From: a virus
IMG/VR virus record: IMGVR_UViG_3300006175_000004
Location: 10,109 to 74,108 of that record
DNA length: 64,000 nucleotides
Strand: one strand, 5' to 3'
The notes beneath the pieces are model-generated. The model worked only from the letters and a program-made list of their open reading frames with translations. It made no database searches and had not been told where the DNA came from. Made by a program: the position numbers and the translations under genes. The stretch's first letter is position 1. Each line of letters starts with the position of its first letter. Of the stretch, positions 47,059 through 55,243 are shown in pieces.

Positions 47059-47279
47059 CTAATCGGGCCGGGCTTGGCCCTGCGGGCAAGCTTCGCGGCC
47101 TTCCGGCGCTCGTGGCGGTTCTGCGGAAGCTGATCTTCAGGTGTGGTTGCCATTACTTCAAACCCATAAATGACCGGTCCTTGATCCAAGTAGCTATCCA
47201 CCGAAGACGCGGTTTGATCGCTGCTCGTCAGATAGGAACAGCAGCCTGATGTATTGGTCCTTGATAAGCCGGGCACCAT

Positions 47280-47411
47280 TCAGCGACCCCAAATCCATAC
47301 GGGGGTCAGGATTACCAACATGACCAGCGTCAAGAAGGCCCCAGCGATAATCAAGGCACCGACGAAGGCTTGCGCGATCTGACCGGCGATCTGAAACGAT
47401 GCCGATATCAT
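47280..47411 (-). CDS. 43-aa TM micro-protein
   Basis: Manual translation MISASFQIAGQIAQAFVGALIIAGAFLTLVMLVILTPVWIWGR; TGATG coupling. Confidence 0.55.
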   Translation of the reverse strand: MISASFQIAGQIAQAFVGALIIAGAFLTLVMLVILTPVWIWGR

Positions 47412-47602
47412 CAGGACGGGTCCACTTGGACGACTTCGCCATTCGACAACGTCACGATTGCCCCGGCAGGATAATCCCGCGAATTCAGCGTGACCACCGC
47501 TGTGCCCTTCTTGGGGTGAATGAGGATCATTTGCTGCGTCAGCGCCGCTGCCCCAGCGGTGTGCATTAGATATCCACGAAGCCGCTTCTTCATCAGTCCC
47601 AC
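47411..47602 (-). CDS. hypothetical protein
   Basis: ORF track. Confidence 0.5.
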   Translation of the reverse strand: MGLMKKRLRGYLMHTAGAAALTQQMILIHPKKGTAVVTLNSRDYPAGAIVTLSNGEVVQVDPS

Positions 47603-47617
47603 CGCCCGTTCTTCACT

Positions 47618-47806
47618 TCATTTGCTGAAGTCAGCGCGAAAGTCGCAGCCTTCCCATGTGGCGTTGACATTGTATTTCGATTTGCACCTGACCTTGATAT
47701 CGGCAGGCACAAAGACAGTTTGCCTACCGCTTTTCGCGGTCAGGTAATCAGCCACAATCTGTTTCAGTTCAGCAGCATCGATGCTGCCGGAAATTACGAT
47801 TGACAT
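47618..47806 (-). CDS. hypothetical protein
   Basis: ORF after the portal gene with GGGG RBS. Confidence 0.6.
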   Translation of the reverse strand: MSIVISGSIDAAELKQIVADYLTAKSGRQTVFVPADIKVRCKSKYNVNATWEGCDFRADFSK

Positions 47807-47818
47807 AATCAGCCCCGT

Positions 47819-49402
47819 CTAGGCAGCGCGATCCATTTTCTTGCTTTGACGCAGCAACTTGGTCAACACATTGACCATTGCAGAGTCAGCCCTTGGCAGC
47901 TTCGGCTGATGCTCTTTCGGTGCCGCCTGCTTGCCCGGCTGCTTGTCGCCGTCTTCTTCGTCATCGCCTTCGCCGTCATCTTCGTCGTCGCTCTGATCAT
48001 TCCCGCCACCGCCACCGTTCTGCATCATTGCGGCCTGCGGGTCGAAGTTCTCCAAGGCGTCGAAGTCGAGCATCAATTCGTTCGGGAACAGCAGCTTCAA
48101 TTCGTTGAAGTTGTCCGCCAGCCATTGAATGATGATGTTGCGATTGTCGGGATCGACCGCAGGAAGCAGGACTTCGACCGCTTCGATCATCGCATCCAAT
48201 CGGGTCTTGTCGACCTTCTGCTGTTCCGATGGCGGTTCGGTCAGCAGCGAAGGCCATTCAAACGCGAACGTGTTCACCCAATCGTAGAAGGCTTCGGTAT
48301 AGGATTTGGTTTCGTATTCAGGGAAGTCAGCCTTCAGCGTTTCGTAGAATTCCGGGGTCCACGCCTTGTACATGCAGACCTTGTCACAGAACTGATACAG
48401 GGGCCGCAGCCATGTGCGAACCCCGTCAATGTATTTGGCGATGTTCTTGGCGTCTTCGGTGCCTTCCGCCATCCCGCCGACCATTGTCTCATTTTCCAGA
48501 AGCTTCGCGGGCATGTCAGCAGCGGTCGCGATGTTCTTCAGGATATTGGTGCGCACCACCTGATAGGGGCCGTCGAGATTGCGGAAGTTCAGGCTTTCGA
48601 TTGCATCGTCCGGGCCGATAGAAATGACCCCGCCCGTCGATGCTTCCCTGATCATTCCGCGCTTCTGGCCCCACACCAGTTGCATCATGTTGTTGATGAT
48701 CGACCCCGGTGCTTTGATCTTGGCAATCAGAACGCCGACCTTCACCGTGACCAAGTCATCGGTCAGAAGCGTTTGCAGAAACGACTTCAGCGGGAACAGC
48801 GCTCGCTGGTAGACGCTTCTGCCGACGAAGCCGAAGGCCGATTGTGTGAACGCGATATAGATCGGCTCTTCGTTCAGCACCACAACGCTTCGGCTGCGAT
48901 GGAATGCGCTGCCCTGAACGCTGACCTGATCGGGTTTCATAAAGTCGATTGACAGCGGGTTCTGGTTCAGCACCAGCGATCCGGCTGTATTCAATGGATC
49001 GTAGACGTTGAAGCTGGTCTTCAGCTTCGACAGCTCTTTGTAATCGAGCGGCCTGCCGGGTGGCACGCCTTCCGCCATCAGGGTCAGCGTGGCGATCCCG
49101 TAGACGCGCGACAGGGATGCGACATTCTTGATTGCGCCATCGCAGCCAAGCTTGGTCCACATTTCCTCAAAGGCATTCTTCACGCGGTCTTGCGGCGATT
49201 TGCTGACCACAATTTCGCGCTTCTGCGATTGGGCCATTTTGATCGGGGCTTCCGCCATCTTGGCCCCAAGCGGGTGGTACAGGTAGATCGTCTTGCAAAG
49301 CTGATACGACGGATCGTCGCCCGGCTGTATATCTTCGGCCTGCAACAGATCGGACAACTGGTTGCCCAGCGACGATCCATTGATGCTGATGCTTGCTGGC
49401 AT
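47819..49402 (-). CDS. portal protein (DUF1073-like)
   Basis: 527 aa after TerL; SRVYG, FHRSR, GFVGRSV, IATAADMPAKLL. Confidence 0.9.
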   Translation of the reverse strand: MPASISINGSSLGNQLSDLLQAEDIQPGDDPSYQLCKTIYLYHPLGAKMAEAPIKMAQSQKREIVVSKSPQDRVKNAFEEMWTKLGCDGAIKNVASLSRVYGIATLTLMAEGVPPGRPLDYKELSKLKTSFNVYDPLNTAGSLVLNQNPLSIDFMKPDQVSVQGSAFHRSRSVVVLNEEPIYIAFTQSAFGFVGRSVYQRALFPLKSFLQTLLTDDLVTVKVGVLIAKIKAPGSIINNMMQLVWGQKRGMIREASTGGVISIGPDDAIESLNFRNLDGPYQVVRTNILKNIATAADMPAKLLENETMVGGMAEGTEDAKNIAKYIDGVRTWLRPLYQFCDKVCMYKAWTPEFYETLKADFPEYETKSYTEAFYDWVNTFAFEWPSLLTEPPSEQQKVDKTRLDAMIEAVEVLLPAVDPDNRNIIIQWLADNFNELKLLFPNELMLDFDALENFDPQAAMMQNGGGGGNDQSDDEDDGEGDDEEDGDKQPGKQAAPKEHQPKLPRADSAMVNVLTKLLRQSKKMDRAA

Positions 49403-49507
49403 TTTCTACCTTCCCTGAATGCGGCGGGGTGGCGGGGGTTCACTCGCCACCACCCCTATCGCCTGCGGTCTTCCGGTGAACTCGGATCGCGGGCGAATGA
49501 GAATTGA

Positions 49508-49633
49508 TCAGCCCGTCCAGTCCGTCCAAGGCGGGTCCTTCGGCAACATGCGATACCGGCTCAGCGCCCATGCCAAGTGGCAGAACCAACCCGATCCGAA
49601 GGCTGCGATCAGCGACCAGTAAAGGTGGTTCAT
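49508..49633 (-). CDS. 41-aa hydrophobic micro-protein
   Basis: MNHLYWSLIAAFGSGWFCHLAW...; ATGA overlap. Confidence 0.5.
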   Translation of the reverse strand: MNHLYWSLIAAFGSGWFCHLAWALSRYRMLPKDPPWTDWTG

Positions 49634-49869
49634 GGGGCTGCCGCGTGGTGAATGTCGTTCAGCTTCGCGCGAATGGCAGCGGCATCCGATTCCGACATTC
49701 CTTCTTCCGGCCTTGGCTGATGCCCGGCCTGATGATCCATCAGCCAATCAAGGTGCAACGCCGCAAAGGCTTTGTGGGCAGCATTGTCCAAGGTAGCGAA
49801 GTATGCGTCGCCTGCTTCGGTCATTTTCTTCAGCCGTAGATCGGCAGCGGCCTTCTTGATATCCATCAA
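49630..49869 (-). CDS. hypothetical protein
   Basis: GGAG RBS. Confidence 0.6.
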   Translation of the reverse strand: MMDIKKAAADLRLKKMTEAGDAYFATLDNAAHKAFAALHLDWLMDHQAGHQPRPEEGMSESDAAAIRAKLNDIHHAAAP

Positions 49870-49883
49870 CCATTCTCCATTGG

Positions 49884-51206
49884 TCAGTATCCCGACGAGT
49901 CACCCAACGCCAACGATATGCCATAGCAGAAGCAATCCAACAGATCGTCGGCCCGCTTGTTCGCATCCGGATCGGCAACCCTGAAGCCCAATATCTGCGA
50001 CATCATTTGATTGCGGGTGCTGCCCTTGAACGTGGTCACCTTGTCATAGGCTTGCTCGGTCACCTTGACCAAACCCTGATAGACATAACCGCTGACATTG
50101 ATCGCCCGCTCGTCCTTGCCCTTGCTCACCAGCTCGGTGTCAATGGCTTGGGCTTTCCATCCCCGCTTCACCGCTTGCTGAAGCAGGATCGTGCCGCTGT
50201 TTGTATCTTCGATGAATGCACCCAACGATCCAGCGCGGGCCTCGTATTCCTTTGCGAAGGATTCCAGCAGCCGGAACACATTGGGCAGCCATGCTTCAAG
50301 GCTTGCGCCTTCGATCTGTACAAGGTCCCAATCCAGAATGTAGAGTGTGTTCCCCTTCGATTTGGTGAAACCGAAATAGATCACGCCGGTGCCGTCATTC
50401 TCCTTTCCGGTCTTGATGGCCGTATCAATGACCGCGAAGACGCTGTCGATCCGCTTGGGACAGACCGCAGGCTTCCCATTGATGAGCAGCTTGTCCTTGC
50501 CGAAGAAGGCGATACCCGACCAGTCGACGAATTCGGCCAAGTATTCCTGCTGATAAACCAACGGGTGGTTTTCAGCTTCCAGCTCCTTGAAAATGACTTC
50601 CCTGCGGGCCAGCCACTCGGCTTCGGTCTCATGGGGATCGCGGATCGGGATGAGGGGATTGTCGAACGTGGGCGCGTGGAATTCTACAAAGCCCAGCTTC
50701 TTCTCATTGCAAATCTTGTAAAGGAAATTGTCGGGATCGTTTCCGTTGGTGTTCGACAGAACAATCGCGCTGCCCTGATAATCCAACAGCGTGGGCCTGA
50801 TCGATTTCTCCCAAATCCCCAACATATTGTTCTTGGTGAATGCACCTTCGTCGATGATCACCTTGTGATAGTGCCGGGATCGCCCGGCTGACTCGTTGTC
50901 CAATGTCCAGAAATCAATCCGGCCACCGCCTATGGTACGAATGACCCCTTCGACCTTGCTGCTACTGGTCCGGATCGGCAGAAGCATGGCAGCCAGATCG
51001 TTGAAGGCTTCCGATGATTTCTTGTAATCAGGGGCGAACCATCCGATGCATTCCTGATTGATTGCGCCATCAGCGGCAATCACTTCACCGAATGTGGTCT
51101 TCCCCCATCGCCTTCCGCACCTGATGGCTTTGAAGCGGGCCGGGTAATCGAATGCTGATACCTGCCCGTCATGCAGGGTCGGCAGTGACACATGGACATC
51201 AGGCAT
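49884..51206 (-). CDS. terL: terminase large subunit
   Basis: CGRRWGKT, VIIDEGAF, QQEYLAEF, RNase H-like IDTA...DDLLD. Confidence 0.95.
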   Translation of the reverse strand: MPDVHVSLPTLHDGQVSAFDYPARFKAIRCGRRWGKTTFGEVIAADGAINQECIGWFAPDYKKSSEAFNDLAAMLLPIRTSSSKVEGVIRTIGGGRIDFWTLDNESAGRSRHYHKVIIDEGAFTKNNMLGIWEKSIRPTLLDYQGSAIVLSNTNGNDPDNFLYKICNEKKLGFVEFHAPTFDNPLIPIRDPHETEAEWLARREVIFKELEAENHPLVYQQEYLAEFVDWSGIAFFGKDKLLINGKPAVCPKRIDSVFAVIDTAIKTGKENDGTGVIYFGFTKSKGNTLYILDWDLVQIEGASLEAWLPNVFRLLESFAKEYEARAGSLGAFIEDTNSGTILLQQAVKRGWKAQAIDTELVSKGKDERAINVSGYVYQGLVKVTEQAYDKVTTFKGSTRNQMMSQILGFRVADPDANKRADDLLDCFCYGISLALGDSSGY

Positions 51207-51387
51207 GGGGATTTGCCTGAACCCACGCCCGCATGGCCCCGCGCAAATCGCAGTATCCGCAGAATTCCCGAATGGTCTTACCGCGCATATCGCACCGCGT
51301 CAGAACAGCCACCGCATCGCGGGCAAGTGTGAAGGCGGTACAACCATATAATCGGGCACCGCACAGGAAGCATTTTCTGTCAGGCAT
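51199..51387 (-). CDS. small CxxC...CxxC zinc protein
   Basis: MPDRKCFLC...FCGYC; TGATG coupling. Confidence 0.6.
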   Translation of the reverse strand: MPDRKCFLCGARLYGCTAFTLARDAVAVLTRCDMRGKTIREFCGYCDLRGAMRAWVQANPHA

Positions 51388-51479
51388 CAGCGAGGCGAAT
51401 TGCAGAACCAGCAATCCCATGAACTGTCGTTATTTCGCCCGCCGCAGAACGAGCATAGCCACTTGCAGATCGCACGCAT
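51387..51479 (-). CDS. 30-aa RanBP2-type zinc-finger micro-protein
   Basis: MRAICKWLCSFCGGRNNDSSWDCWFCNSPR matches W-x-C-x2-C-x3-N-x6-C-x2-C. Confidence 0.7.
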   Translation of the reverse strand: MRAICKWLCSFCGGRNNDSSWDCWFCNSPR

Positions 51480-51499
51480 CGATTGGGGTCCATATTGGG

Positions 51500-51551
51500 G
51501 AAAAGGATCAGGGGCAGCCGTTGTTGGCCTAACGGATTTCCGCCCCTGATC
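51500..51551 (-). terminator. hairpin/possible weak terminator between terS and terL
   Basis: GATCAGGGGC/GCCCCTGATC 10-bp stem with inner CCGTT/AACGG; CTTTT follows on the minus strand. Confidence 0.45.
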
Positions 51552-51553
51552 AG

Positions 51554-51745
51554 TTATCCCGTCCGGGCTCGGGTGAGTACCGGACGGTGAGGAGTCTGAT
51601 TGGTGATCTCGGTCAAAGCATCGTCCCGCATGACATGTGCATTCTCTGTGGGCGATCCATTAGGCCCGAAGCAAAGCTGCCCGGCGACAGCCCCGCAATA
51701 GGGACAAGGGATTTGGTAAAGCATTCTGCCGGTCTTCTGTGTCAT
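51554..51745 (-). CDS. small zinc-finger protein
   Basis: CPYCGA..GQLC...H..R. Confidence 0.65.
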   Translation of the reverse strand: MTQKTGRMLYQIPCPYCGAVAGQLCFGPNGSPTENAHVMRDDALTEITNQTPHRPVLTRARTG

Positions 51746-51834
51746 CGCCTGATCTTCACATAGACATGACAGCCAAGCACCACGATCCAGAAGCCAATGA
51801 TCCCGCCCGCAATGCCTTCAAGGAAACAGACCAT
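51742..51834 (-). CDS. 30-aa TM micro-protein
   Basis: MVCFLEGIAGGIIGFWIVVLGCHVYVKIRR; overlaps the terS stop and the next start. Confidence 0.55.
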   Translation of the reverse strand: MVCFLEGIAGGIIGFWIVVLGCHVYVKIRR

Positions 51835-52319
51835 CAATGCACCGTGGTTATCCCGGTCGGCGCTGGGGCCGGTAATGCAGGCCTGCGACGTGGAAGCCCG
51901 CCTTCGACAATGATGCGGGTATCCCGATTGTCGGGCACATCGGCTTCCCTTGGTATCTCACGCCAACCCGCACGGCATTTCAGGTAGAAGCAAATGGCCC
52001 AAGGCTGCCCCTTCTTCAGTGCATCATAAAGCTTTCCCACCGCCATTCCTGTGAAGCTGTTGACCGCCTGATCGAGCTCGAATGCAAAGTGGTCCTGAAG
52101 GGTGGTCAGGCTCATGTGATAATACGAGGCAATTTCTGTCTGCTTGACGCCTGCTACGACCAATGCCCTGACACCCGCTTTCAATTCCGCTGTCGGTTTG
52201 AATGTCGGCCTGCCGGTCTTCTTCCATTTCTTGTTCGGATCGATGGATTTGTTGACCAATCCTTTGGTCGTCAGGACCGGCTTCTTGGTTCTGCTTGGCT
52301 TTGGTTTCTTGCGGGGCAT
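51834..52319 (-). CDS. terS: terminase small subunit
   Basis: GRPTFKP, HTH, AICFYLKCRAGWRE; upstream of terL. Confidence 0.8.
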   Translation of the reverse strand: MPRKKPKPSRTKKPVLTTKGLVNKSIDPNKKWKKTGRPTFKPTAELKAGVRALVVAGVKQTEIASYYHMSLTTLQDHFAFELDQAVNSFTGMAVGKLYDALKKGQPWAICFYLKCRAGWREIPREADVPDNRDTRIIVEGGLPRRRPALPAPAPTGITTVH

Positions 52320-52355
52320 CGTTTCTCTTTGTGTTATGGTATCGGGTACTTTGGA

Positions 52356-52787
52356 TTATGCGGCCTTTTGCTGGGTACCGCTGAAGACCACGCGCTCATG
52401 GTAAGCGCACCACGGGTTGTCGATGCCGCTGGTCTTATGGCCGCACATTCTGAAGTTGTGCTTGGCCGGGTCATCGCGGGTATATTTGCACCGCGCTCCG
52501 GACGGAAAATCGTTCAGCGGGCCGATGGGTGCTGGCTCAACTGTGGGGATTGGCTCTTGTGATTTCATGGGTTGGGATTTCTTCACAGGCTTGGTGGTGA
52601 AGTAGCTTTTCACCTTTTGCCCGGATCGCTTTAATCCCATGCGATCTATAATTCCGCCTACCGCATTGCGCGACAGATCGACCTTGAATGCTGATTGTAA
52701 AAGCACCGAGATGGATTTGGGCGAATAACCTTCTTCGAACTTCGCCTTGATAAATTCGCGGTGCTTGTCAGAATGAGGACTTGGCAT
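52356..52787 (-). CDS. gcrA: GcrA-family transcription regulator
   Basis: SRNAVGGIIDRMGL HTH; C-terminal CKY..DDP...FRMCG...PWCAYH. Confidence 0.85.
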   Translation of the reverse strand: MPSPHSDKHREFIKAKFEEGYSPKSISVLLQSAFKVDLSRNAVGGIIDRMGLKRSGQKVKSYFTTKPVKKSQPMKSQEPIPTVEPAPIGPLNDFPSGARCKYTRDDPAKHNFRMCGHKTSGIDNPWCAYHERVVFSGTQQKAA

Positions 52788-52866
52788 GGTATTCTAATAC
52801 CCCCCGGTATAATCGCGATGTTTGGATTGGTGCGCGGTAGTGACAGTTCTGGCGCGATTTGGGGAA

Positions 52867-53199
52867 CTAATGTGATTCGGGGTCTTCGGCAAGAGGGTCT
52901 GAAGGCTTCAGGTTGGGGATAATCTCGCCCTGCCGGGCGGACAGCCAATCGACCATTCTATGCACACAATCCATTGCCTCATTGATTTTCCTGATGTCTG
53001 GCGCGGGTTTGTGCTTTCCAATCTGAGAAGCTGTCATCACGCAGTGGATTGCCTGTTGAGAATTTCCCATCCGGGCATGAGCCCAAGCCAGTACCAGTAA
53101 ATGAGCGGACTCGTCGCGGGCAAGCAGCACAAACATGGGTTCGTCGGGCTCGGCTTTGCTGTAGCAGTCCCATTCACCGGGATTGTTCTTGGTGCTCAT
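52867..53199 (-). CDS. conserved phage hypothetical protein
   Basis: KNNPGEWDCY..AEPDEPMFVLLARD. Confidence 0.7.
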   Translation of the reverse strand: MSTKNNPGEWDCYSKAEPDEPMFVLLARDESAHLLVLAWAHARMGNSQQAIHCVMTASQIGKHKPAPDIRKINEAMDCVHRMVDWLSARQGEIIPNLKPSDPLAEDPESH

Positions 53200-53353
53200 T
53201 TGCTAATACCTTTTCACGTTCAAGAAGGTGGTTGTCGGCATGGGCTTTGATAACTTCGTAGGCTTCCACGCACATGGCATATTTCACATTGTTGCTCGCC
53301 AGTGGGATCGGAGACCACACGATCCAAATCGCGATTGCGGTTTCGAGATCCAT
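53174..53353 (-). CDS. hypothetical protein (59 aa)
   Basis: Manual translation MDLETAIAIW...; TGATG coupling. Confidence 0.5.
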   Translation of the reverse strand: MDLETAIAIWIVWSPIPLASNNVKYAMCVEAYEVIKAHADNHLLEREKVLANEHQEQSR

Positions 53354-53520
53354 CAGCGTAACTTCCTTTCTGTAAACTTCTTCATGGCATCATGCAGCTT
53401 CATCCACAGGTCGCGGTCGCACATTTCCTGCGGTACATAGTTCATCAGATCAATCAACCGCTGCAATTCCCTGCGATACAATCGAAGGTTGATTTGCTGC
53501 CCCTGCACCGGCCCCAGCAT
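53353..53520 (-). CDS. hypothetical protein (55 aa)
   Basis: Manual translation MLGPVQGQQINL...; coupled on both sides. Confidence 0.55.
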   Translation of the reverse strand: MLGPVQGQQINLRLYRRELQRLIDLMNYVPQEMCDRDLWMKLHDAMKKFTERKLR

Positions 53521-53810
53521 CAGTGGATCTCGCTCTGCTTCAGGATGGCGTCGATCTTTTCGTCGACCTTGCCGATTTCCGCGATCACATAATCTTCGAG
53601 CACCCTGATCCGCTGCTCAGCCCGCTCATATTCTTCGTCATATTCTTCTTCGGGCGGGCACAGCTCTTCCCTTTCGAGCATCAGGCCGTCCCTGTTGCAT
53701 TTCAGGGTATGGCGTTCCTTGATCAAATCGATCAGCGTGCGGTCTTCGGGCAGCGCTTCTTCTGATTTGCGCTTCAACAAATCGGCTATGTGCTTGGTGG
53801 TAGTCGTCAT
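53520..53810 (-). CDS. coiled-coil hypothetical protein
   Basis: ORF track, coupled. Confidence 0.65.
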   Translation of the reverse strand: MTTTTKHIADLLKRKSEEALPEDRTLIDLIKERHTLKCNRDGLMLEREELCPPEEEYDEEYERAEQRIRVLEDYVIAEIGKVDEKIDAILKQSEIH

Positions 53811-54382
53811 TTGGATTTCCCTTTGCTGAACTTGCTGGTTTCGTCACCCATGCAATCCCACCGGGGCCATTTCTGACGGGCGAACATTTCCAGATACGGA
53901 CCGGGTACCAATGCTTCCACGCGCTTGTAGATTTCATCAGGCTTTCTGCTGTGCTCGCGCCTTGAGCTTCTGATCATTTGCGGCACCGCTGCGGACAATC
54001 GCTTGGGCTTGCCCCGCGTGAACATGTAGACTTGCTCGGCCTGCTTGCGCGACCAGAAGCCCATTCCGATTCGGTCGCCCTTGTCCCAAATGAAGGCAAC
54101 GGTCTTGTATTCAAAGCCCCAATGCTCGGCCAAGTTCATGCCCTGTTTCAGATTGGCGTCGGGTATCCAAAGGAACAGTGCGCAATCACGGGCAGCCCAT
54201 TCGAACACCGGCAACAGCATCAGATCGACAAGGGACATCGCTTTATAGGGCTGCTCAGCCTTCCTCGTGGCGATTGCGTCGGGCCGAGCATAGCTTCTGA
54301 AGGCCCACGGCGGGTCGCACAGGATTGCCCCATATTTCCCCCGTGCCGGGCGGGCTTGGGCCTTGGGCTTGCGTCTAATCAT
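53807..54382 (-). CDS. MT-A70 family N6-adenine methyltransferase
   Basis: ILCDPPW, LFLW, WGFEYKT, HSRKP, LEMFAR. Confidence 0.92.
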   Translation of the reverse strand: MIRRKPKAQARPARGKYGAILCDPPWAFRSYARPDAIATRKAEQPYKAMSLVDLMLLPVFEWAARDCALFLWIPDANLKQGMNLAEHWGFEYKTVAFIWDKGDRIGMGFWSRKQAEQVYMFTRGKPKRLSAAVPQMIRSSRREHSRKPDEIYKRVEALVPGPYLEMFARQKWPRWDCMGDETSKFSKGKSK

Positions 54383-54576
54383 CGCTGCGTGCGCCTGAAG
54401 ACAATTTCCTTCACATCGACATTGATAATCCATCCACCGCAAAACATCGGGCTGTCGATTTCCCGCACGACTTTGGGAAAGCGGTTATCCCCGTGGGGCA
54501 TCAATATCGTTGTGCAAATGACAACCGATCTTCCATCCTTGTATGTGCAGACAAGTTCCCATTCTTCAGGCGTCAT
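54379..54576 (-). CDS. hypothetical protein
   Basis: MTPEEWELV...; AAAGGA RBS. Confidence 0.6.
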   Translation of the reverse strand: MTPEEWELVCTYKDGRSVVICTTILMPHGDNRFPKVVREIDSPMFCGGWIINVDVKEIVFRRTQR

Positions 54577-55076
54577 GGTCTGAATTCCTTTCGCGGACTG
54601 AATTCGATGAGGGGCTGATTGGCTGCGATATAGAGCGGATGACGGGGCGCACCAAGCTTGGTAACCCCAAGGCAAAATACGTGCTCCTTCTTCGACCGGA
54701 TTTGTCTCATCAAACCCGACACATGATCGCGGGCAGACAAATGCGCGCCCCACGCACAAATCACAATGTCAGCCCGATCCAGTGCCCGGCCTATCACTCC
54801 CTCATTCCTTGGGCCAACAGGGTCACCTATTTGATAGATCGCAATCGGATCGCTCGATCTGACCGCGAAGATATTGACCACCTCAAATGATCCGTAGCTG
54901 TGATGCTGACACCATCGAATAAGGGCTTTGATTGTGGGATCATCGATCTTGTCATCCGCTGTCGATGGGTTCAGCATGATGAACAATGCGCGGGGCAAGC
55001 CTTCAGCCCATAGTCGCCGCAACAAATAGCGATATCTGCCGCAGTCTGAAATGATCGCGGTTCGGTCAATCAGCAT
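54573..55076 (-). CDS. DUF1643 family protein
   Basis: SDCGRYRY, MLNPSTAD...DDPT, AWG, PRHPLY. Confidence 0.88.
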   Translation of the reverse strand: MLIDRTAIISDCGRYRYLLRRLWAEGLPRALFIMLNPSTADDKIDDPTIKALIRWCQHHSYGSFEVVNIFAVRSSDPIAIYQIGDPVGPRNEGVIGRALDRADIVICAWGAHLSARDHVSGLMRQIRSKKEHVFCLGVTKLGAPRHPLYIAANQPLIEFSPRKEFRP

Positions 55077-55243
55077 TCTGTAAACTTTCTCAAGTACTCT
55101 GCCCTTCGGTCCATCGCTTCAGCCTTGGTTTCCAATTTGCAGTCGGGCAATTCGCAAGCCATGTATTCCCCATATCCGGCACCACAAAGGGCACAGTAAT
55201 AAGGTTCGCCCAAAAGCCACGGCTCATCATCTACTATACCCAT
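55070..55243 (-). CDS. small zinc-binding protein (57 aa)
   Basis: Manual translation MGIVDDEPW...YCALC...CELPDC. Confidence 0.5.
   Translation of the reverse strand: MGIVDDEPWLLGEPYYCALCGAGYGEYMACELPDCKLETKAEAMDRRAEYLRKFTEC

Noticed and set aside
38881-50891. Long plus-strand ORFs (38881..39999, 45601..46479, 47846..48952, 50007..50891)
   Set aside because: Antisense shadows of MCP, MuF, portal and TerL caused by GC-rich codon bias; no motifs.
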